Positions 12,906 to 24,760 of a stretch of DNA of 64,000 bases are shown here, in pieces. The position numbers and the translations under genes were made by a program. Below the pieces are notes generated by a model, which made no database searches, was not told where the DNA came from, and saw nothing but the letters and a program-made list of their open reading frames with translations. Numbering within the stretch: position 1 is the stretch's first letter; every line of letters starts with the position of its first letter. Location of the stretch: the NCBI RefSeq assembly GCF_018977255.1, contig NW_024704743.1, forward strand, positions 103,170,001 to 103,234,000, written 5' to 3'. The stretch is from Callorhinchus milii (lineage: Eukaryota).

Positions 12906-13267
12906 GAGCCCGCTGTACAATCTACAGTACAGTGGCAATGCAGTTCATGTATATGAGCTGACTTTCACACCAGTCATCTATCATTGTCCACAATGAAACT
13001 CGCTAGTGGCTAAAAAAGCAAAATAAAAAAAAACACCCACAGAAATTCTACTCCTATATAATTCATGGAATGATATGTGCTAGAAGGCGTTTTTCAAAAG
13101 TTGTACATCCTAGGACTGAAATTACATTGCTAACTCATTGAAGCTTCATTCTCATAGTTTATGATGGCATTGTTGCAACTGCTGAATCCACTACTTTGTA
13201 GCAAGCCTCAGTCTGTGGGTTTTTACGAACAGGTATTGTTCTGAGTTTATATTCTGAATCCCATTTA

Positions 13268-13582
13268 AATAATAATAATGATAATAATAATCCTTGCATT
13301 TGATATAGCGCTTTTCACGTCTTCTAAATGTTTCAATACGCTTCACAGAATATACCGTAAAGTGAATTGACTGTATATTTGTGGTCGAAATGCGGCAGCC
13401 AAATTGCGTACAGCAGTGTCCCATAAACAGTCATAGATTGAAGTGAACAATTCTTTTTTCTTGAAGGATTATTATTAGGCATGTGGAGTAAGGAAACTTG
13501 CCCAAGGTTTTGCCCTGCCGGGAATCAAACCCAGGTCTCTCGCTTGAGAGCGAATGCTCTAACTACTGACGTACAGGACTCC
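13268..13582 (-). mobile_element. Young tRNA-SINE, full length
   Basis: Begins ggagtcctgt on the minus strand and is collinear with 29719-30041. Confidence 0.9.
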
Positions 13583-13679
13583 ACAAACGTTATACTCTGC
13601 TATATCCCCTTTGAATCATCTATTTTGATGACCGAAGCAACCTGGATTATCTACATGTTGCTCATAGCTCATTAGAATA

Positions 13680-14097
13680 CAAAATTACATTTGTAAATCA
13701 CCTTTTATGTCGGGAGGACATCCCAAGGCCTGAACAGACAGTGATCAGGACTCAAGTGAGTGGGGGGGGGGGGGGGTTGGCATCAGGGAGGGTGGAGGGT
13801 GGAGAGGTTAGGAGGGTGGCTGAAGGCATGGTCGAAGAGGAGGGTCTTGAGGCATGTCTTGAAGGAGAAAAGGGAAGGAGCAAGGTGAAAAGAATGTGGG
13901 ATAGAGTTCTAGAGGGTGCGCGCAGAGGCTGAAGGCCCGATTGTCAATGGTGGGGCTGGCTGGGCAGGGGACATGGAGCAGACTGGAGCCTGCTGAGCAG
14001 AGGGAGTGGACAGGTTGATAAGGGGTTAGCATGTCGGAGAGATAGGAGGGGGCAAGGCCATGAAGGGCCTTGAAGGTGAAGACAAGAATTTTGAAAA
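13680..14097 (-). mobile_element. L2 3' fragment
   Basis: Minus-strand LTPYQPVHSLCSAGSSLLHVP...RAFS plus tail. Confidence 0.85.
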
Positions 14098-14319
14098 CTA
14101 GGAAACATACTCATTCCTTTTAACACTAGGGATCATTCTCTTTGGTTTTCTCTGCACTGCTCTGGGATGCAGACAGCCCCTTATGTTAAGGTTATGTACT
14201 CAGTATTGTAGGTGCAGCCTGACCAAATCTTTTGAATATCACTTTCAAGTATCTAAGCTCAACTGTTCTAACAATATAGCCCAGCCTTCCGTTTGCTCGT
14301 TTATTGCTGTCTCACACTG

Positions 14320-14495
14320 TTCCTTCAACCGTGCCTTCACCTCCCCTCTCGACTCTCTACCCACTCCTCACTCCCTCCCTTCCCTCCCCTCACCCTGACC
14401 CCTGCTCAGGTGCCGACCCAACTGTCCAGCGCTTTGAGATGTCCTCCCGACGTGAAAGGTGCTCTATAAATACAATCTTGTTGTTGTTGTTGTTT
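14320..14495 (+). mobile_element. L2 3' end
   Basis: C-rich tract, stem-loop gatgtcctcccgacgtgaaagg and (TTG)n. Confidence 0.85.
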
Positions 14496-14571
14496 GACGT
14501 AGTGAGCAGTCAACTAACATTCTAAACCTCTTTCACCTTCCCCTTTAGCAAGTTCTATCCCATCCATTAAC

Positions 14572-14910
14572 AAGAACAACAATTTGCACTTATATAACAC
14601 CCTCCACAGAGGGTAGCATCTCAGAGCACTTAACAGTGGCGGAGCCTGATTCCGAGCTGGGGGTGGGGGGGTGGTGGCTGTAAACACAATTGAACAGGAA
14701 AGTCCTCAGGAGGGTCTAAAAGAGGGGAGAGAGCGGGCAAGGTAGAGGGATTGAGGGCAAGTGTTCCAGAGTTTTGAGGAGTAGTGGCTGAAAACGTGAC
14801 CTCCGATGGTGGGGCGGAAGGTTCGAGGGACGAGCAGGAGGCCGGTGCCAGTTGAGCGGAGGAGCCTGGTGGTGGTTTGGGGAGTGTCAGAAAGGTAGGG
14901 AGGTACCAGG
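14572..14910 (-). mobile_element. Old L2 3' fragment
   Basis: Tail aacaacaatttgcacttatata, similar in reverse to 7945-8209 and 46030-46491. Confidence 0.7.
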
Positions 14911-14974
14911 GAGGGAATAGATTAAACTAAGTGCATTCTAATGTCCTATATGCAGTTCTTGCATATGTTTGTAA

Positions 14975-15325
14975 TGAACTTTAATTGCTAGTCTTTGTAG
15001 GATCTTTGTAGGATCTTCTACAGTTCCCTTTATCTGCAAATGTAATCATTTTCCACTAGGTTTATGAATTCAGGCCATTACTATATACAATGAACAAGAG
15101 GGTCCCAATACAGATTACTAAGGCACCTACGAAAAATCCCCTCTCCCCTTCATTTTGACTGAGCACCCCAAGCAATAACCTCCTACTACTTTCCATCAGC
15201 CAATTTTGAATCCATGTCCATGTCAATCTCTTGATATCTATTGACATCAGTTTATGAAGGAGTCTTTGAAGTGACACTTCAAATGTCAAATGTATTTTGG
15301 AAGTCAAGATACACTATATCATAGG
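14975..15325 (-). mobile_element. Degenerate CR1 LINE RT fragment
   Basis: Minus strand resembles YLDFQ..F..V..QRLLHKL, WIQNWL, GTLLFIVYSN and tttgcagat (FAD-). Confidence 0.65.
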
Positions 15326-15374
15326 ATGGCAAATCGCTTTTCCGGGAGTAATAATTTCTTAAAAAAGTAATAGT

Positions 15375-15547
15375 TTGGTCACTTCAATCCACGACTGTTT
15401 GTGGGACACCGCTGTGCACAATTGCCCACAAAATATACAGTCAATTAACTTTATAGTATATTCAGTTAAGCGCTTTGAGACGTTTCGAAGGAGTAGTAAG
15501 GTGCTATATCAAATGCAAGGATTATTATTATTATATATTATTATTAT
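15375..15547 (+). mobile_element. Young tRNA-SINE, 3' part
   Basis: Collinear with the 3' half of 29719-30041. Confidence 0.8.
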
Positions 15548-16589
15548 GTCATATAACCACCCACAGTCAATTTGGACTGCCACCTCCTCAAAAAAATCTA
15601 TGAAGTTGGTCCAACACTTTTGAACTCATGTTGGCTGTAATTTATTCAGTATTTTTATACGATTATTTCCCTCTCATGCTTTTACTAGCAGAATTTTTTT
15701 ATTATTCCATTGATGTAGTTTAGTAACCTTTGTGGCAATGGATTACAAACCTTAATAATCCATGTGAGCTAATTACGCTAATTGGGTGTTTAGCATAGCT
15801 GTGGTATAAAATAAATTTATTACTGCTTTATTATTCTTCCTTGGATTTAATCTTAGCTGTTCTACCTAAAATAACATTGTTAAAATGAATTGTTCCTGGG
15901 TCAAGGCGGGTTTGATTATATTTCTGACACAGAAACATAATTAAAGTCCAATTAAAACTACAGTTGAGTAAATTAACAAAATATTTGAATATTTTTTCTT
16001 CCAAGAGACCAGGTAATTTCTGTGCTTCTTGAAAAAGCTGCTAAATTTTAATTTTTGTATTGTATAATTTCAGAAAATGTGCTTCTTTTATAAAGATGGT
16101 GAACAGTATTACAGTGTGCAATTGTCAACGTTTGGAATCACTTCAACAATAAGTATGAGGGTAAAATAAGTCTAAATCTGGTACAGTGTGGGTTGTATGC
16201 ATAATTATGCACCATTCAATTTGCTTCAAGCTTATACTTAAGCGCCAATATGAGTCACAATACCAATTTAAGACCAATCTTGCAGGTAGATTCATGGGTT
16301 GTAACCACCAAGACATGGGTTTAGAATTCCAATCTCATTCACCTAGGACTGTAACTGTTAGAAATTTCCATTTCATCAGTCCAGAGTGGTTTTGAAACCA
16401 TATTATGTTTGGTGTGCGGTTTCCTAAGGTTTGACAAGGACTTCAAACCAATGAAAAAAACAATTCACAAAAGTGTCTATAATGACATGATAGCTAGTAC
16501 TAGATCTAATTGGTACTACTCTGCTTCTTTATGCAAAAGGCAGGGAAACTCACGACCAGAAACTGTTTGAAATAAAAAGCTTCAATATA

Positions 16590-16735
16590 TGTAAAAGGAA
16601 ACTTCACACATTCATGAAGCAGAATGGAATAGAGGGATATGGAAGAGGGGGATAGGAGAGGAGGGAATCATGTGGAGTTTAAATAGTTAGGCCGATTGGC
16701 CTGCTTCTGTGCTGTATCATTCTCTGTAATTCAAT
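16590..16735 (+). mobile_element. CR1 3' end
   Basis: taggccgattggcctgcttctgtgctgtatcattctctgt, the typical CR1 3' hairpin and tail. Confidence 0.65.
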
Positions 16736-17019
16736 GACTACTTTGTGTATCCACTGGGAAAAAGTCCAAATAGATTAATTCAGAGCATCAGCGAGAATCA
16801 ATAATGTAGTTTGAAAGTAGCCTCCAAACAAAGCAACAGCAAGAAATTCACTGACAAAGCACAAAGCAAAATTGACTGGTTAACATTGGAGAATCAACAC
16901 GATTCATGCTGAGTTGATAATCACTGCCATTAGCTGGCATTAAATCTCTGGAGCCAACATAGTGAACACTCAACATTGCAAAACTTGGCTAGTGGATCAT
17001 CAAAATGTGTCTCTGCTCC

Positions 17020-17114
17020 CTCACTAACTGAACCTTTAATTGTGTTGTTGCAATCCAGCGTCCTTGCAGAGGATGTTAGATTGCAATAATACAATTAAAG
17101 GTTCAGTGAGTGAG
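17020..17114. repeat. Inverted repeat, 45-bp arms with 5-nt loop
   Basis: 17020-17064 versus reverse complement of 17070-17114: 39/45 identical. Confidence 0.95.
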
Positions 17115-19885
17115 TAAGAGGAGGTTTAATCATGGGCACATTTAATTTGGAAGAGAAGAATTGACATAATTTAACTGCATTTTCTATCTGTGTGATAATC
17201 ACGTACTGCACTTTTCTCTCCCATGATTTTTTAAAAAATATTAAGTTGAAGTAGTAGATAGTACAAAGTTCACTTGAAAATATTGGGGTTCACAACAACA
17301 ACTTGCATATATATAGTGCACTTTACACAGGTAGCATCTCAGAGCGCTTAACAGGTACATGTAGAAGTATAGGTAACAAGCTATCAGCAATGTAAAAGTC
17401 TATCAACAATGTGACTTGGTAGGAAACTTTACTGCTACAACTTCTATTAAAACATTAGTAGGCCTGAATGTTAGCAAGCCCAGAACCCATTCTTTTAGCC
17501 TTCAAAATGCAGTCATTACAATTTACAGTAAATCATGTGCAGACTTCAGACGTCGTCCTGACGTGAAAGGCAATGTATCACATACATGGATTATTACTAT
17601 AATAGTTACACTTAAGGTGAATCTGAAAGAAAAGTTTTTGAGTCTTTTATGTCATCGTAAGTTGTATTCAACAGCTGTGCAGTCAAGGCTATTGCTAAAT
17701 AGGTAAATTTCATGCCAACTTTTAATTTCATCTATTTAAGTTTCACTAATTACATTTCAGATATTATTGAGGAAATTTCTGCAATCTAGACTTTGTAATT
17801 AAGATGCCTCAAGGTTTGAACAAGCAAGTCCTGAATTCAACTGAAATAATTAACATTGAAATAAAAATGAAATATTATTGCAAAAATATGCTGCAAACGA
17901 CTGCAAATATAGTGAATGGTTTCATTCTCCCATTTCAAGGGGTGACACAACATAACATACGCCAGAAGCAAAAGAAATTACCTGATTATCCAGCCTTATA
18001 GCCAATTTCTATCTTGCATCCTGTACGTTTCAAGGTATATTATTGGCTGGCTGAGCTTCATTGCACATAATAAATTAATTTCTGCTTACAAGCCCAAGAC
18101 AAAATTCTCGATTTATGTGGAAAAAAGAGATTGCTTCCAAGACAATATCAATTAGATATTGTTATTGACTGCATTGGCTGTTTTGTGGGAATTAGGAAGT
18201 GCAAATGTCTCCTACATTTGTCTACTCAAAGTCACGATATTTCACAGAATAGAATTCCATAGAAGTAACTAGACTGCGCCGGTATTCATATTTCACACAA
18301 TTTTCTACCCTTCCTAACCCCCTCTCCTATTCACCACTATTCCCTTCTCTCTCAAGTCATCATCAAACGTCCTCTTAAATACTCAAGATTTTGTTTCATG
18401 CACATTCTCTAGTTGGTATTGTCACCGGTGTGTTACTTCAATGTAATAACTGAATTTTTTTTACTGAAAAATAACTTCCTTTATAAAGAATCAGATTGGA
18501 AAAACTTATGACACTTTGTAACAGATTTGACACAATAATTGTAACAAGATAGTTATGGATGAAGAAGGTCAAAGTGGAGAACTTTGGGTGAAACTATGGA
18601 ATCCTATTCAAGTTATGTACAATGCTCTGGGCATGTTTTACAGCCAGTGCAGAGGTAGAATAACTAGGATTATAAATAATAGTAATGTCGTATTTGATAT
18701 AGCAGCTCATCATATTGTTGAAATGTTTCAAACCACTTCAAAGGATTTACTGTGAAATGTAGTGATTGTGTACATTGTAAGTCAACGCAATAGTCAATTT
18801 GCACACATCATTATCCCACAAACAGAGATGAAGTGAATGATCAGTTTTATCCATTGCATTGTTGTCCAGCACACTAGGAGAAACTCCAGGATTTTTGAGC
18901 CAATTTTAGGAAGTATTTAGTAAATGAAAAGGTAATGAATAGCTGGAATGGGTTACCAGGAAAGATGGTTAAAGCCAAGAAACCGGACTCTTGTTTTGTC
19001 GTCTAATCTCAATATTGAAGAGCCTGAGCTTGTTTAGTTTTTGTGTATATCTCATTCCCATATCAAAGAAACAGTTTGATGCTGTTATGAGAAAATAATA
19101 CAATACAATTTACAGTTATATAGTATCTTTTACATCATGAGGATGAGCTTGAGAAAGGATAGCTATTCAGGAACAATGAGATCAAATGAATTGAAGAACC
19201 TTCTTCAGTCAATGATTGGTTTAAGAACAACAACTTGCATTTATATAGCGCCCATTACGCCGGATGGCGTCTCAGATGATTTAAACTGTGTTCTCAAGAA
19301 TACTTTTGGTGCAGACAAGTGAAATGTGAGCTGCCCTCTGAATCATCTTTTCTTAAGACCTAAGAGCCCGAGTATATCTCATATCTCATTCCAATAACAC
19401 TGGGGATCAACCTCAACGTTCTTCTCTATACTGCCAGTAGTGTCTGGGCAGGTCCTTTATGTGCAGAACTGTAAGCAATATTCAAGGTGTGGTCTGAATG
19501 GGACACTGTACAGCCTTATTATGACTGGATGATTTACTAACATAATCTAAACTCAACTGTTTAGCAACATCGTTCACCAAGTGGCTAAGGGAATTCAGGT
19601 GTTAGCATGGCTCCATTTGTAGCACTCTTACTTCTGATGGATCCAAGCTCCATGTTGGGACCATGAACTCATAGTTTAGGCTGAAGCTGAGTAAAGTGCT
19701 GAGATATTTGCCTCATTAATTGCTGCCACGCACTGTTTTGACAACGAGCGACAAGTCAAGTAACACTCCTAGGTCTCTTTATAAAGGGTATTTGGAAGTC
19801 GAAATAGAGTACAAAATATGACTTCCCACAGGCAATTTGGGCGGTTAACTCCTCAAAAGTCTATGAGGTTGGTGAAACAATCCTT

Positions 19886-19956
19886 TCTTGGGACGTCCTC
19901 CTGACGTGAAAGGCGCTTTATAAATGGAATCTTGTTGTTGTTGTTGTTGTTGTTGT
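19886..19956 (+). mobile_element. Very short young L2 3' tail inserted in a CR1 relic
   Basis: cttgggacgtcctcctgacgtgaaaggcgctttataaatggaatc(ttg)n, flanked by tttct on both sides. Confidence 0.8.
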
Positions 19957-20837
19957 TTCTGAACCCATGCTGGCCATTATTTATTAAATTATTTTTATAT
20001 AAGTAATCTTCCACTTCCATTTGATAGAGTAGACAGTAAAATCAGAACTGTGCAGAGACAGTATAGAGGAGAACAATGAGGATGATTTCCAGTGTTATAG
20101 GAAGGAGTTTTGAGCAACAATTAGTCAAGCTCATGTTCTTCAATTTTAAGTGAATACAATTCAGAGGGGACCTCATAGGTCAAGAAAATTAGAAGACAAT
20201 TATAATGAAAAAAAACACTAACAAAACTGAGCTTCAGGAATAACAAACTCACACATCGAGTTGTCAGTTTATAGTAAGCTAAACACAACCTCAGTCGAAT
20301 CACTCAAGAGGGAATTGGATCAAATCATGATTCAGAAAAATGCTAATTTATATAGGTTGAGGTGGGGAAAAGAGAAATAGGAGAAACAGGTTCTTTACCT
20401 GCAACGACTGTGTGAGCTGAATGTGCCAATGGCTTTTTTTACGAGACTTAATGTTCTAATAAAATTTATGGATTGTATAATGGCATCATCAACTGTGACT
20501 TGATGCAGATCCACAGTCCTCCAGAAATCATACACATCTCTTTCGATGATTCTGGTCAGAGCAGGTGGGTGCCAAATGATCTGATCATGGACTCAACCTG
20601 GCTGAGCAACATAATACCATGTAATGAGTGTGTTATTTCTCATACATATTGCATAGATGCACATAACTCTTTTGTTTGCAGTTAATTGCATCCCGATCCC
20701 TTGGAAGCTAAGACACTAACCATTTGGCTAAGTGCTACTGTTTCCCATCTTTTGGAATCCGGATGTACTGTGAAGCTCTCATTCGTGATCCTCTGAATGT
20801 AATTGAATGGGTAACTGCCTGATGGCTGATCAATCAC

Positions 20838-21452
20838 GTAGAATCATAGAATCAGAATCGTACAGCACAAAAAGAGGTCATTCTGCCCATCGAGTTTGTG
20901 CCAGCTCTTTGAATACAGCAATTAATGTCAATCCCACTCCCCAGCCCTTTCCCCATAACCCTGCAAACCTGTCCTCTTCAAATACCTGTCCACCGCGTTT
21001 TTAAAAGTAGTGATCGAATCGGCCTCCACCACCCTTTCAGGCAATTCGTTCCAGATTCGAACAACTCGCTGTGTGAAAAAAATTCTTCTCACCTCCCCTC
21101 TGCTTCATTTAGAGACTATTTTGAATCTGTGACCTCGAGTCACCGACACACCCACCAGTGGAAACAGTTTTTCCCTTTTTAACCTATCAAATCCCCTCAT
21201 GATTTTGAAGACCACTATTAGGTCTCCTCGTAACCTTCTCTGCTCCAATGAGAATAATCCCAGCCTCTCTAGCCTTTCCTCATAATCAAGGTCCCTCATT
21301 CCTGGTACCATCCTCGTAAATCTACTCTGCACCCTTTCCAATGCCTTAACATCCTTCCTATAGTGTGGTGCCCAGAACTGGGTGCAGTATTCTAACTGAG
21401 GCCTAACTAGTGTTTTATATAGGTTAATCATAACCTCCTGATTCTTGTACTT
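20838..21452 (-). mobile_element. CR1 LINE 3' fragment with open ORF2 C-terminus
   Basis: LYKTLVRPQLEYCTQFWAPHYRKDVKALERVQSRFTRMVPGMRDLDYEERLERLGLFSLEQRRLRGDLI is the canonical CR1 ORF2 end; ATTCT(ATG)-type terminal repeat at about 20838-20860. Confidence 0.93.
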
Positions 21453-22084
21453 CCTGGTGCCTTGAAGCTGGCATTGGCATACAACAACAATATTACATTT
21501 GTATAGCGCCTTTCATGTCAGGAAGATGTCCTAAGGGGCATAGATTTTAAAGGATTCAGTCTTTTCTATGGCTGTTCTATAAACCTCCTATTTTATGGCA
21601 AAGCTAAGCAACCCCCTCTCCTATTTCGCATATTCCCTTCTCCCTCATGTAATCATCAAACTTCCTCTTAAATACACAGATTTTGTTTCATGCACATTCT
21701 GTAGTTGGTTTTGTCACCAGTGTGCTTATATGTAATTTATGATGTACATCACCAAACACAGCTCAAAGCAAATAGCACTGACACCCCTGCTAGGCATTCT
21801 AGATTTATGACATTCATTTCCACTTCCGGATTGCAGAAATTTGATTGAGAAATTCACCAATCAAAATACCAAGTTGGCAAAGTATGATAAAAATGGCAAG
21901 GAAAAGTCTAGCCATTTCCTGAGTGTGACATATTAAATTGTTGGTTACCTGCTGGTAACTCTGTCAAAAATAATTCCTTTGGTTCCTATTCCTTTCTCTG
22001 CTTCTCTCTCTTTGTTTATACAAGATAAAAGCCGAGTGAAATACTTCACTCATGTGACACATTTCTGTTTATGATCATAAATTT

Positions 22085-22390
22085 TGCAGTTGATATTTTG
22101 TCATGATGACATCTCAAAATGCTTTACAGGATTTACTGTAAAGGACATGAGGAGAAGCTCCTTTCTCTTTTCAAAGAAAATGCCACAAATTCTTTAATGT
22201 CCACCAGATCAGACAGACTTTCGATGCGATGCAGGTGCCATAGGATGCCACATGGCATCTCCAACAATGCAACTTAACCCAGCCTACACTTGGTGTCAGC
22301 CTTAGTTATGAGCTCATGGTTCCAACGTGGAGCTTGAACCCACAACATTCTGACTCAGACTTAAACGTGCTACAAATTGAGCCAGGCTAT
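22085..22390 (-). mobile_element. Old Deu-domain SINE
   Basis: Reverse head cttgaacccacaacattctgactcaga...tgagccaggct and Deu-like centre. Confidence 0.7.
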
Positions 22391-22981
22391 GACCTGAATT
22401 GCCTTAACCACTTGGTGAGAAGCATTCTACTGGTATTTAATGTGCATACTGGCAAGTGTGCTGTTGTAGGCAAATCCTTCCTTTAATTACTGGTTTTATA
22501 GTTGTTGAATGTTAATAACTCATGACTGTGATTAGCTGACTGTGGAAATTATTAGTATAATTAGCACAGTTATGAAGCATTTACAAATTATTATTTAAAA
22601 TAGGTAAATGATCTTTGGGAATGTAACATAATTGTTCGGTTTAATAGGCTAAGCTTGTAGCTGTTTATAAAGTTCTCCCAACTCCTGAAGTGTTTCATAG
22701 GCTTACGAGGTATTTACTGTCGTTTATTTTAAAACTATGCACTTTATACTGTAAGGAATCACAAGACACTGACACCAGGGGCAAAAGTTGACTTTAATTT
22801 CAGGCTTGGCAGTTGACGTTGAACCACTTGACATCATCAGAATTGTTTGGCTAATCTGGTGACTTGTAACAAAGCCGTCCATCAATTATCCAAACAGTGT
22901 ACCACCTTTCAATAGAATGATGAGTTATATAGATTAAAATAGGAATAACCTTGTTCAATAATACTGCCTGCCAACAGGTAA

Positions 22982-23108
22982 TAATAATAATAATCCTTGC
23001 ATTTGATATAGCGCTTTTCACGTCTTCTCAATGTCTCAAAGTGCTTCACAGAATAGACTGGAAAGTGAATTGACCGTATATTTGTGGGCGAAAATATACG
23101 GTTAAACT
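22982..23108 (-). mobile_element. 5'-truncated young SINE with fold-back junction
   Basis: Flanked by aggtaa (22976-22981 / 23109-23114). Confidence 0.85.
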
Positions 23109-23707
23109 AGGTAAACTCCTACTGAAAGGGAACATTTTTAACAAGATGAGTACAATTAATGTGTCAATATGATCATATTTTACAGCAAGTTTTACAAGTG
23201 TGGCAATCCACCAAGAGCAACAGGAGATCTGCTATCTGTAGCTTTATGAGAGGGGTACCAAGAAGGTGTGGTTAATGATGTTTTCTAACCCACTTAGAGA
23301 TTGTACTGACTGTAGGCTAGCACATTCCAGGGGACATGAATCAAAACAGGCAGGCTATTTTTAATTCATGTAGCTAAGTATTACCTAAACTATCAATTTA
23401 TAATGGATAGACTTCTTTTAGAAATAGCACAAGACTGAACGAGGACACAGTAGTTCTAGTCAAGTTTAATTACAGTACTTTTCTATTCAGCAAAATGTGA
23501 CATTGCTTCCATATTTTGTTTCTATTGTTATGCTTATGAGATAACAGGTAAAACATAGACAAAACAACACAAGTGCATGGCTATGTTGAGTCTAGACAAA
23601 ACAGATATACTGGACTCTAGGATCAAGGGAAAGACAGGAGCATATATATTCTCAATGAAGGAACAGGATTAGCAAAAGTGGTTCCTAAACTGATCCCACA
23701 GTCATTA

Positions 23708-24280
23708 CAACAACAGCACATTTATACAGCACCCTTGATATAGGATAATATCTCAGAGTGCTTAACAATGATAGGGTTGGCTGCTGACCAACAGAGAGGC
23801 AGAGGAAGAAGTCAACATAGACCGAAGAGTTAGGTTTCCTAGTGGAATTTAAAGACAGATAGAAAGGGGAAGATTGAGTGGTAGAGGGTGCGAGTTCCAG
23901 AGGTCCGGGGGGCAGTAACTGATGGGTTAGAACCTGATGGTGGTGAATAGAAGGTGCACAGCAAGCCCTATGTAGCCAAGCAGAATGGGCAGGAGATCAG
24001 ATAAATAGGAAAGTGTTAAATGTGAAGGGATTTATAAGTGAGGCTGGGGCCCTTGATGTCAATCCATTGGGAAAAAGGGAGCCCAGCAAGCACTGAAGTG
24101 ACGGGCATGCAAAGTTTGTTGCAGATGAGAATGTTTGAGTTTCGGGAAGGTGGAGCTTAGTAATGGTGGAACTAGGGAAACCAGCAACAAGTCCATTTGA
24201 AACAAAATCATGTTAGGAAGCAACAAATACACGGTTAAGCATTTTGACAGCATTTCATGAGAGATAGGATGACGCAGGCA
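23708..24280 (-). mobile_element. Old, diverged L2 fragment
   Basis: Tail acaacaacagcacatttatacagc plus gagttccagag and gggagcccagcaag remnants of ORF2. Confidence 0.6.
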
Positions 24281-24351
24281 TTTTGTACACAACAATGTCT
24301 CAGAAACAGTCATGAATAATTTGTTTTAATCTGGAGGATTGTGTGACTACC

Positions 24352-24760
24352 TGTCTGAGTTGGTAACCCTCTGGCAACTGACTCAGAGGTTGTGGGTTCA
24401 AACCCCACGTTGGGACTCTAGACTGACCCTCTAATGCCGTGCTGGGGATGTTACATTGTTGGAGGCACCAGCCTACAGATACAGATCATTTTAAACCAAG
24501 GTCCTATCTGCTTATTCAGGTGGAGATTAAATATCCGATAGAGCTATTCAAAAAAAGAAGAGGGGTTTTCCTGGTAACCTAACCAATAATCCCCCAATAA
24601 AATAGGTTATTTACTTCATGGCTGGTTGTGGGATATTGACATGCACACATTGGCTATCGCATTTGGCCACCAAACACACAGACTCCACTTTATAATATAT
24701 CCTGTGACACATCCTGCTGACATGAAAAGGCAAATTTGAGCATTATTATAATCATTTTTA
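24352..24760 (+). mobile_element. Old Deu-domain SINE
   Basis: Head with gtgggttcaaacccc, collinear with 6954-7395. Confidence 0.7.

Noticed and set aside
12388..12996. 202-aa plus-strand ORF
   Set aside because: Mostly the antisense of an L2 3' end plus low-complexity sequence; no domain recognised.
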